Below are positions 1 to 9,506 of a stretch of 32,000 nt of DNA, piece after piece. Below the pieces are notes generated by a model. The model worked only from the letters and a program-made list of their open reading frames with translations, did not search any database and had not been told where the DNA came from. The position numbers and the translations under genes are program-made. How positions within the stretch are numbered: position 1 is the stretch's first letter; each line of letters starts with the position of its first letter. Location: assembly GCF_001457615.1 (NCBI RefSeq), contig NZ_LN831024.1:1110001-1142000 (forward strand), written 5' to 3'. The stretch is from Pseudomonas aeruginosa (GTDB lineage Bacteria > Pseudomonadota > Gammaproteobacteria > Pseudomonadales > Pseudomonadaceae).

Positions 1-1328
<1,328 letters not shown>

Positions 1329-1357
1329 GCAGCGGATAGCGCCCGTGGCGTTGGTCG

Positions 1358-1397
1358 CCATGCAGAAAGGCCACCCTCGGGTGGCCTTTCTGCATGG
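1358..1397. terminator. Perfect ~19-bp GC-rich hairpin between convergent eddB and the immunity gene; probably a bidirectional transcription stop or RNA-stabilising stem
   Basis: ccatgcagaaaggccaccc (1358-1376) pairs with gggtggcctttctgcatgg (1379-1397). No flanking T-run on either strand, so it is not a canonical intrinsic terminator. Confidence 0.5.
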
Positions 1398-1408
1398 CAC
1401 GTGGGCCT

Positions 1409-1488
1409 GTAGGGCGAATAACCGCTTGCGGTTATCCGCCGTTGTGGCGGGATCTCGGCGGATAACGCCGGTGGCGTATTCGCCCCAC
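1409..1488. repeat. Inverted pair of ~32-nt REP-like palindromic units
   Basis: gtagggcgaataaccgcttgcggttatccgcc (1409-1440) and ggcggataacgccggtggcgtattcgccccac (1457-1488) are near reverse complements. Each unit has an internal dyad (ataaccgc/gcggttat). A related unit recurs at 4609-4642. Confidence 0.5.
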
Positions 1489-1519
1489 GGAACGCAGGCG
1501 GCTTTTGCTTCGTACGTCG

Positions 1520-2239
1520 TCAACCGCGCAGCGGCGGCAGGTAGCCCAGTTCCATCAGCTTGATGTCCGCTTCGCCGACGCGCTCGAAATGTTCGCGACG
1601 GGTTTCGTCCATCGGTTCGCGGCCGTTCAGCAGCAGGGTGCCACGGCCGGGAATGTCGACCAGCTCCGTAGCCGCCGGGAAGTCCGTGGCCCTTAGCGGA
1701 TGCGGGCAGAAGCCGATCCAGCCGATGCTGCGGCGGTCCGGGAAGGTCCGCTGGTGTACGAAGTACGCATGCGGAGCGAGCATGCCCCAGGTCGTTTCGG
1801 GCCAGATTTCCAGCGCCGCGAGGAAGATCGCGACGAAGGAGGAAGCCGGTGCGTCGAACACTTGCAGCAGGCTGCCGGCATCTTCCAACTGGAGCCTGGA
1901 CGAGACGGCCCTGCCGCTGGCCTCGTAGTCCAGCGACAACCCGCCCTTGAGCGGATCCTCCTCGCCGTTCCATAGCACCAGTTCCACCGCCCGGGTGCGT
2001 CGGTCACGCGACAGGGCCTTGGCGAGATCCTGGCGGTGCTCGGTGACGTTGTGGCTGAGGGCATCGCGCAGGGAGTCGCCGCACAGGTACCAGTTCTCCA
2101 GCACCGGATGGAGGGGCGCGAGGGCATCGAGGAAGCGCTCTATCCGTTGCAGGTGCTGGTCGTCGTCCAGTTCGAGGAGCCGTGCCGGATCGAAGTACAG
2201 CTCGAATATGTAGCGCCTGAAAGCCTTGGCGTCCGTCAT
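1520..2239 (-). CDS. tsiT: Cognate immunity protein for the upstream REase-fold T6SS toxin (TsiT-like), 239 aa
   Basis: ATG at 2239 overlaps the toxin stop as ATGA (2236-2239). It is in frame with the track ORF 1520-2662, whose first 141 residues are Arg/Gly-rich junk. The product starts MTDAKAFRRYIFELYFDP, has no signal peptide, and sits immediately 3' of the toxin. The name is from memory of PA3908. Confidence 0.75.
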   Translation of the reverse strand: MTDAKAFRRYIFELYFDPARLLELDDDQHLQRIERFLDALAPLHPVLENWYLCGDSLRDALSHNVTEHRQDLAKALSRDRRTRAVELVLWNGEEDPLKGGLSLDYEASGRAVSSRLQLEDAGSLLQVFDAPASSFVAIFLAALEIWPETTWGMLAPHAYFVHQRTFPDRRSIGWIGFCPHPLRATDFPAATELVDIPGRGTLLLNGREPMDETRREHFERVGEADIKLMELGYLPPLRG

Positions 2240-3020
2240 GCGCAATACCCCGGGTTCTCTTCGCAAAACCTTTTCATCTCTTCCTGTTCCTTCGCGCGGG
2301 TTTCCTGGTAGTCGTCGTGCTCGTCCGTTCCCGGCATCGGATTCCAGAATGCCTTCAGGTTGGCCAGTCCCATGCGCAGGTACTCCGCGGCGCAGTACTC
2401 GTAGACGATCCGCTGCAGGAAGTGCCATTCGACGAACACCGGCGGGGTCGGTCGGGCCTTGTCGCTGTGGACCTCGGCCTTCTGCAGCAGGTCCGACTTC
2501 ACCTTGGCCCGCGCCCAGGGCCTGGGCACGCCGAGCAGCGGGACGAACAGGAAGGCGTAGTTGGCCTTCGCCTCCAGCAGGGTGCAGCGCGGCTCGTCGA
2601 AGCCGTCCCACCAGGTGCCGCTCCAGAACCATTCGTGGGGAAACGGGAAATTGGTCACCCACTGCTGGTAGCGCGCGGACAGGTCCGACATGCTGTGGCC
2701 CTTGCCGTTATTGGCGATGGCCATTTCGCCCCGGGACGGCGGGCACTCCACGCAGTCCTTGTCGCGGCCCTGGCTCTTGCTGCAATCGCGCTCGGCTTCC
2801 CGGGTCCGGTCGCGGCTCAGCGTGCCGGTCTCGGTCCTGGGCAGGGTCTGCGGAACCGGCATCGGACGCGGTACCGGCCTGGGCAGCGCGCCGGGGCCGG
2901 TCGCGGCAGCGGGCGCGGCGCCGGCATCGGCAAGTGCGGCCGGGGCGGCGCGGGTAGTTCGAAGGGCAGCCGCGGACCCATGCGGGGCAGCGGTCGGAAA
3001 AGCGCGCCTATGCCGCTCAT
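2236..3020 (-). CDS. tseT: T6SS nuclease effector (TseT-like, Tox-REase-5-type restriction-endonuclease fold) with a Pro-rich N-terminal region; the reading frame is interrupted near 2890-2900
   Basis: The C-terminal domain (frame of track ORF 2236-3396) carries the D...ExK motif WWDGFDEPRCTLLEAKANY. The only RBS-coupled start is ATG 3020 (GGGGAG, 6-nt spacer, ATGA overlap with the upstream stop), and it lies in the frame of track ORF 2817-3053, which stops at 2817. The conservative in-frame alternative is ATG 2862 to 2236 (208 aa), with a poor RBS. 785 nt is not a multiple of 3. Confidence 0.7.
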
Positions 3021-3427
3021 GCCGGTCTCCCCGAGGTTTCGTACGCGCGCCATTTCTGGCTGGCCAGGCGAAACTCGACGATCCGTTCGTAGTCCTGGAA
3101 GCGTTGTTCCGGGCTGTCCGCCAGCGGCCGGCGCATGTGTGCGAGAAACGCCGGCGTGTCCTGGAAAGCGGGGAAGGCCAGGCCGTGCAGAAGAAAGCGT
3201 TCGATCGTCCCGGGCTCTTCGATACCCAGTTCCAGCGCCGTCGCGCGCAGCTCGCCGAGTTGCCGGATGGCGGGCAGCAGGCCGCGTCGTTCGAGCCAGG
3301 CGGGAGCCTCCCGGCGTACCTCCAGCAGGACCCGCTCGATGACTTCGTCGTCGCGGACCCGCTGCAGGCGATCCAGTTGGCCGGCATCCAGTTCAAGCAT
3401 CGGCGGTCCGCTCCGTTTCCCGGTCAT
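3017..3427 (-). CDS. Small acidic helical accessory protein (co-TecT-like co-chaperone)
   Basis: 136-aa ORF. The alternative start ATG 3400 (GGAG 10 nt upstream) overlaps the chaperone stop as ATGCTTGA. The stop overlaps the toxin start as ATGA. The functional call rests on position between the DUF4123 gene and the toxin, plus memory of PA3906. Confidence 0.65.
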   Translation of the reverse strand: MTGKRSGPPMLELDAGQLDRLQRVRDDEVIERVLLEVRREAPAWLERRGLLPAIRQLGELRATALELGIEEPGTIERFLLHGLAFPAFQDTPAFLAHMRRPLADSPEQRFQDYERIVEFRLASQKWRAYETSGRPA

Positions 3428-3920
3428 AGACGAGATAGCCGCCCTGCAGGGGCTGCCAGACCTGCCAACGCTCCAGCGGCGCCATCACTTGCGTCCATTG
3501 CCGCGCGGTCATGACCTGTTCCAGCGCCCGGCGCACTTCCGGGCTGTAGTAGCGCAACAGCGCCCGGCGGCCGTCGGGCATGCGGGTGAAGAGCAGCCCG
3601 GCGAAGTGTTTCGCGAGGTTTTCGAAGGACGCCCGGCTCCACAGCCAGGAGGCCATGGGCGAGCGGCGGTCCCAGTCGCGCAGCCAGCCGAGGAACTCGC
3701 CCGATGACGAAAGCGGGGCGCTGTCCATGAATTCGATCAGGACCGGCCCGGCATGGGCGATTTCGTCCAGCTCGCTCCCGGCCAGCAGCCAGCGCGAGCG
3801 GATTTCCCCCGCGGCCTTTTCCAGGCGGGTGTCCAGGGTCAGGTAGCGGGCGCCGTCCGCCAGGGCGAACAGGCGGCTGTCCGGCGTAGGCGCCGCGAGC
3901 GCCGGCTGGAGCCGGCTCAC
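3393..3920 (-). CDS. tecT: DUF4123-family T6SS effector chaperone (TecT-like), 175 aa if started at GTG 3920
   Basis: DUF4123-like blocks: LFALADGA, GPVLIEF, MPDGRRALLRYYSPEV. GTG at 3920 overlaps the PAAR stop as GTGA. The track's longer start (GTG 3995 or ATG 3986) would overlap the PAAR gene by about 70-80 nt. Confidence 0.8.
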   Translation of the reverse strand: MSRLQPALAAPTPDSRLFALADGARYLTLDTRLEKAAGEIRSRWLLAGSELDEIAHAGPVLIEFMDSAPLSSSGEFLGWLRDWDRRSPMASWLWSRASFENLAKHFAGLLFTRMPDGRRALLRYYSPEVRRALEQVMTARQWTQVMAPLERWQVWQPLQGGYLVYDRETERTADA

Positions 3921-4312
3921 GGTGCGCCGCCGAGGCTTTCCAGGGGCACCAGGGCCTGGTTGCGGCGTGCCGCCAGCAGCAGGCATTGCAGGCACAGCTT
4001 CGGTGGGGCGAGGGCGAGAGCGGGTGCGCCGCCGCCGCTGTTGCCGATCAGCACCGTGCCCGCCCCGCCGACCACCAGGTTGCCGTGGGTGCCGACGCTA
4101 CCTACCACGGTGGCGGGCTTGCCGTTGATCAGTACGTTGGCGATGACGTTGGCGCTGAGGGTGGCGCCGCAGGCGGTGGCGTCGCCCTGGCGGGCAGCGG
4201 ACCGATGGTCGAAGAAGACGTCGGGCGAGCCGCCGACGATCGGGTTGCTGCCGTGGCCCGGTAGCGGACACGCGGTCGGATCGCCCAGGCGCGCAGCGGG
4301 TTTGCCGCTCAT
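3917..4312 (-). CDS. paar4: PAAR-domain T6SS spike-tip protein with a ~39-aa C-terminal extension
   Basis: PAAR-type sequence AARLGDPTACPLPGHG...ARQGDATACG...GTVLIGN. ATG 4312 is preceded by AGGGA; the track's first Met is TTG 4318. The name is from memory of PA3904. Confidence 0.85.
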   Translation of the reverse strand: MSGKPAARLGDPTACPLPGHGSNPIVGGSPDVFFDHRSAARQGDATACGATLSANVIANVLINGKPATVVGSVGTHGNLVVGGAGTVLIGNSGGGAPALALAPPKLCLQCLLLAARRNQALVPLESLGGAP

Positions 4313-4337
4313 GCTCAAGTCCCTATGAGATAAACCC

Positions 4338-4355
4338 TGGCACTCTGCCGTGCCA
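4338..4355. promoter_or_regulatory. Inverted repeat TGGCAC-N6-GTGCCA in the PAAR operon leader; possible regulator site or RNA stem
   Basis: tggcac (4338-4343) and gtgcca (4350-4355), 26-43 nt upstream of ATG 4312. Confidence 0.25.
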
Positions 4356-4608
4356 CTCGGGGGCGGACAACCTATCTGAACTGCTCAGGAGGCACCTTCG
4401 GAAACGGCTTGGGCAACCGCGTCCTTGCCTGGTTGCGCTTGAAGGGATTTCCTACCTGGAAGTATCGTCACCCGCCTGCGAAAGGCGCAGGCGTACGGAG
4501 CGATGGCGCGATGGGGAGGGGAGCCTGGGAGGAGGGAAGGAGGCGTTTCGCACAGCGTCGCGTTCGCTTTGCCTGCGCAGGGGCTGTCCGCCGATACCGC
4601 GCTGGAGC

Positions 4609-4642
4609 GACGGATAGCCGCGATACGGTTATCCGCCCTGCG
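4609..4642. repeat. Single REP-like palindromic unit
   Basis: gacggatagccgcgatacggttatccgccctgc shares the ggttatccgcc core and internal dyad with the units at 1409-1488. Confidence 0.4.
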
Positions 4643-4655
4643 CCGAGACCGCCGC

Positions 4656-4690
4656 GGGAGGAGACAGGTAGGCTGTTCCTGGCTCCTCCC
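4656..4690 (-). terminator. Hairpin 7 nt downstream of the prfC stop
   Basis: gggaggagacagg (4656-4668) pairs with cctggctcctccc (4678-4690) with one mismatch. No U-tract follows. Confidence 0.5.
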
Positions 4691-4696
4691 GTGCGA

Positions 4697-6280
<1,584 letters not shown>

Positions 6281-6500
6281 GGATGCGTGCCTGCTGGAAT
6301 CCGTTGGCGTGGGCGCGGGACGGCCCGGAAAAACGCGGGATTATAGCGGTAAAACGCGGCGCGTCGGGATGCCTGTCATCCGGCGATCGATGGAATTGCC
6401 GGTGGACAGCGAACTTGTCGCAGTCGTGCCGTTCCAAGCAGCCAGCGGCGGCCACCGCCGGATAGACTGCTTTCATTTCACCCGATCGAAGGAAATCACC

Positions 6501-6962
6501 ATGAACGGAGTATCCAGACTGCTCTCCCTGGCCTTGCTGGGCGCGGCGCTGCACTGGGCGCCGGCGCAGGCCGAGGAGCAGCCGCGGCTGTTCGAACTGC
6601 TCGGCCAGCCCGGCTACAAGGCCACCTGGCATGCCATGTTCAAGGGCGAGAGCGACGTGCCGAAATGGGTTTCCGACGCCAGCGGCCCGAGTTCCCCGTC
6701 CACCAGCCTGAGCCTGGAGGGCCAGCCCTACGTCCTGGCCAACAGTTGCAAACCCCACGATTGCGGCAACAACCGCCTGCTGGTGGCGTTCCGCGGCGAC
6801 AAGAGTGCCGCCTACGGGCTGCAGGTGAGCCTGCCGGACGAGCCCGCCGAAGTCATGCAGACGCCGAGCAAGTACGCCACCTATCGCTGGTACGGCGAAC
6901 CCTCCAGGCAGGTCCGCGAGCTGCTGATGAAACAGTTGGAGAGCGATCCGAACTGGAAGTGA
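6501..6962 (+). CDS. ivy: Periplasmic inhibitor of vertebrate (C-type) lysozyme, Ivy family
   Basis: ATG 6501 preceded by aaggaaa. Signal peptide MNGVSRLLSLALLGAALHWAPAQA. Contains the Ivy hallmark loop CKPHDC. The track ORF start at 6273 is upstream junk. Confidence 0.9.
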   Translation: MNGVSRLLSLALLGAALHWAPAQAEEQPRLFELLGQPGYKATWHAMFKGESDVPKWVSDASGPSSPSTSLSLEGQPYVLANSCKPHDCGNNRLLVAFRGDKSAAYGLQVSLPDEPAEVMQTPSKYATYRWYGEPSRQVRELLMKQLESDPNWK

Positions 6963-6963
6963 C

Positions 6964-6991
6964 GCCGGGCCTGAGGGTAACCAGGCCCGGC
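6964..6991. terminator. Perfect 10-bp hairpin between convergent ivy and fecA
   Basis: gccgggcctg (6964-6973) pairs with caggcccggc (6982-6991), with an 8-nt loop. Confidence 0.55.
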
Positions 6992-7000
6992 GGCGGGGAG

Positions 7001-7028
7001 GGCGGATGATCGCTGGCGATCGTCCGCC
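7001..7028. terminator. Second hairpin between convergent ivy and fecA
   Basis: ggcggatgatcgc (7001-7013) pairs with gcgatcgtccgcc (7016-7028) with one mismatch. Confidence 0.45.
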
Positions 7029-7057
7029 GTTGCGCCATGCGCTCCCGCGGTCTTTCT

Positions 7058-9412
7058 TCAGAAACCGACCGAGGCCTGTACGTACAGGGTGCGCGGCTGG
7101 CCGACGTAGAGGCCCTTGTTGTTGTCGTCGAACGAGCGGGTGTAGTAGCGGCGATCGAACAGGTTCTTCACCCCCAGGCCGAGCTTGAGGTCGTTCAGTT
7201 GCGGGCCGAAGTCGTAGGTGCCGCGCGCGCTCCAGACCATCCAGCCGGCGATCCGCCCGGTGCTGCCGTCGGCGCTTTCGCTCTCGGTGTTGGCGTTGTC
7301 GGCGTACTGGCTGGTCTGGAAGCTGCCGTCGAGGTTGTAGCTCCAGGCGCCGGTGCGGTAGTTGGCGCCAAGGGTGCCCTTGTGCTTCGAGGAGAACGGC
7401 ACCTGGTTGCCCTTGTTCGGCCCGTCTTCGCGAATGCTCGCGTCGACGTAGGCGTAGCTGGCATAGACGTCGAAGCCGGAGAGCAGCGGGTCGAGATCGG
7501 CCAGGTCGTAGGCGATCGCCGCCTCGATGCCCTTGTGCCGGGTCTTGCCGCGGGCGGTCACGCTGTCGGTCTGCTGGTTGCTCTCGTACTGGTTGTCGAA
7601 GTTGATCAGGAAGGCGCCCAGTTCGGCGCGCAGGATGCCGTCGTCGTAGCGGCTGCCGAGTTCCCAGGTGCGGGCCTTCTCCGGCTCGATGTCGCCGCTG
7701 CGCACCGCCTTGCCCATCTGGCTGTACTGCACGGTGCCGAACGAGCCCTCGGTGTTGGCGTAGAGGTTCCAGCTCGGCGTGAGGTGGTAGATCACGTTGA
7801 GCGCCGGTAGCGAGGCGTTGTAGCGGCCGCTGTCCTTGCTGTTCTTCAGCAGGTTCTTCTGTTCGGAATCGATCTTCTCGTAGCGGATGCCGGGGGTGAT
7901 GGTCCAGTTGCCGATGTCGATGCGATCGTCGATGTAGAACGCGTTGGCTTCGGTGCTGCCGCGGGTGTCGCGGTCGTTGCGGCTGCCGGTGCTGGGTAGC
8001 TGGCCGCTGTCGGCGCGGGTCCAGTAGCGCAGCTCGTGGCTGGCTTCGTTGACGTAGCGGTGGCCGATGCCCACTTCGTGGCGACTTTCGCCCAGCTCGA
8101 AGCCCTGGCTGAAGCGGGTTTCCAGGCCTCGCACCCAGTATTCGCGCGGCGACAGGGTGAGGTTGCGGCCCTGGTCGAGGTAGCCGCTGCGCAGGGTCTT
8201 GGTGAAGAAGCCGGTGACGTTGAGCTTCTGGCTGGCGTTGGGGGTGTATTCGTAGCTGGCGCTGGCCAGGGTACGGCGGCCCCAGAACTTGTCGTAGGGA
8301 CGGGTCGACTGGTACGGGTCGTCGCGGTAGGCCGCGGTGCCGAGGCCGCCGGGCATGTCGGCCTCGCCGTCGTAGTACTGGGTCATCGCCGAAAACGCGT
8401 GTTCGTCGCTGGGCTGGAAGCGGCCCTTGAGGATCAGGTCGTCGATCCGCGTATCGCTGTGCTCGCGCCAATCGCCGCCGCGGGTGCCGGAGTAGAGCAG
8501 GGCGCCGCCGAGGCCGTTGGCGCCGGTGCCGCCGATCAGCACGTTGTGGGTGGTCTTCAGGCCGTCCTGGCTGGAGCTGGGGCTGAGTTCGCTGTGCACG
8601 TCGAGCTTGGTGGCGAAGTCCTCGGGGATCGCCCGGGTCACGAAGTTGACGATGCCGCCGACGTTCTGCGGCCCGTAGCGCACCGCGCCGCCGCCGCGGA
8701 CCACGTCCACCGCGTCCATGTTGCCGATGGACACCGGCGCCAGCGACAACTGTGGCTGGCCGTAGGGGGCGAAGGGCACCGGGATGCCGTCCATCAGCAC
8801 CGTCGAGCGCGACGCCAGGCGCGGGTTGAGGCCGCGAATGCCGAAGTTCAATGCCAGGTCGTGGCTGCCGGTGCCGTTGTTGAGCGGCGCGCTGACCCCG
8901 GGAATGCGCTCCAGCACTTCGCGGGTGCTGGCCGCGCCTTGGGCCTGGAACTGCTCGCGGCGGACCACGTCGCGCGCACCGGGATGCTCGAAGACGTCGG
9001 CGGCGCTGGCGTCGGCCAGCCAGTCGCCGACCACGGTGAGCGCCTGCAGGTTGGCCGGGTCTTCCACCGGCAGCGCTTCCAGGGTGTAGGCGCCGTCGCC
9101 GCGGGCGCGCGCCTCCAGGCCGGAGCCGGCGAGCAGGGCGGCCAGGGCTTCCTCCAGGGTGTACTCGCCGTCCAGCGCCTGGCTGCGTCGCGCGGCGGTC
9201 TGTTCCGGGCTGAAGGCGATCAGCACGCCGGCCTGGCGGCCTAGGTGGTTCAACGCCTGCTCCAGCGGCTCGGCAGGCAGGCGGTAGTACTGGCGGGCAT
9301 CGGTGCGGATCTCGGCGGCGCAGGCGCTGCCGGCGGAAACCAGGACGGGACCGCCGAGGCAGGCGAGGAGCAGGGCGCGGCTGAGCGGCGACAGGGCGCG
9401 TGACGGGGACAT
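7058..9412 (-). CDS. fecA: TonB-dependent outer-membrane transducer with an N-terminal signalling (STN) domain; ferric-citrate-type receptor
   Basis: ATG 9412 with GGAG 9 nt upstream (the track start 9421 is GTG). Signal peptide ending SACA. STN-like LEQALNHLGRQAGVLIAF, then plug and barrel, with a C-terminal aromatic (ASVGF). Lies downstream of fecI-fecR. Confidence 0.9.
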   Translation of the reverse strand: MSPSRALSPLSRALLLACLGGPVLVSAGSACAAEIRTDARQYYRLPAEPLEQALNHLGRQAGVLIAFSPEQTAARRSQALDGEYTLEEALAALLAGSGLEARARGDGAYTLEALPVEDPANLQALTVVGDWLADASAADVFEHPGARDVVRREQFQAQGAASTREVLERIPGVSAPLNNGTGSHDLALNFGIRGLNPRLASRSTVLMDGIPVPFAPYGQPQLSLAPVSIGNMDAVDVVRGGGAVRYGPQNVGGIVNFVTRAIPEDFATKLDVHSELSPSSSQDGLKTTHNVLIGGTGANGLGGALLYSGTRGGDWREHSDTRIDDLILKGRFQPSDEHAFSAMTQYYDGEADMPGGLGTAAYRDDPYQSTRPYDKFWGRRTLASASYEYTPNASQKLNVTGFFTKTLRSGYLDQGRNLTLSPREYWVRGLETRFSQGFELGESRHEVGIGHRYVNEASHELRYWTRADSGQLPSTGSRNDRDTRGSTEANAFYIDDRIDIGNWTITPGIRYEKIDSEQKNLLKNSKDSGRYNASLPALNVIYHLTPSWNLYANTEGSFGTVQYSQMGKAVRSGDIEPEKARTWELGSRYDDGILRAELGAFLINFDNQYESNQQTDSVTARGKTRHKGIEAAIAYDLADLDPLLSGFDVYASYAYVDASIREDGPNKGNQVPFSSKHKGTLGANYRTGAWSYNLDGSFQTSQYADNANTESESADGSTGRIAGWMVWSARGTYDFGPQLNDLKLGLGVKNLFDRRYYTRSFDDNNKGLYVGQPRTLYVQASVGF

Positions 9413-9439
9413 GAGGGACACTCCAGTGGATCTTTCGAG

Positions 9440-9506
9440 GTTGGCTTTCCTCCTCTGTCACGCGAGGTGGGGAAAAAGGCTCAGGTGCGCGGAAATATCT
9501 TTCCGC
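9440..9506 (-). promoter_or_regulatory. Candidate FecI (ECF sigma)-dependent fecA promoter region
   Basis: The minus strand reads GCGGAAAGATATTTCCGCGCACCTGAGCCTTTTTCCCC, with a GGAAA -35-like element (dyad GGAAA-N4-TTTCC at 9491-9504) directly after the fecR stop. I could not define a -10 element. Confidence 0.3.

Noticed and set aside
2817-3053. Track ORF of 78 aa as an independent small proline-rich gene
   Set aside because: Its last ~24 codons have poor codon usage, including two AGA. Its well-coupled start (3020) and proline-rich sequence continue seamlessly into the nuclease frame. It is better explained as the displaced 5' end of the toxin gene.
2863-3396. The upstream 178 codons of track ORF 2236-3396 (386 aa), as an extended toxin N-terminus
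   Set aside because: This stretch lies entirely inside the co-chaperone gene in another frame. It is Arg/Ala/Trp-rich low-complexity sequence with poorer third-position GC, and it has no start codon between 3020 and 2862. It is a high-GC open-frame artefact.
3921-3995. Longer start for the DUF4123 chaperone (GTG 3995 or ATG 3986)
   Set aside because: It would overlap the PAAR gene by about 70-80 nt and add a Pro/Gly-rich leader (MPAMPAAGGTPQPGPGAPGKPRRRT). GTG 3920 gives a GTGA stop-start overlap consistent with the rest of the operon. The choice remains unproven.
4337-4353. Sigma-54-like TGGCAC...GTGC motif upstream of the PAAR gene
   Set aside because: On either strand the GG-to-GC spacing is off by one from the GG-N10-GC rule, and the downstream element is GTGC rather than TTGC. 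I kept it only as an inverted repeat.
9413-9421. GTG 9421 as the fecA start
   Set aside because: ATG 9412 has a GGAG at suitable spacing and still gives a normal signal peptide. The difference is only 3 codons.
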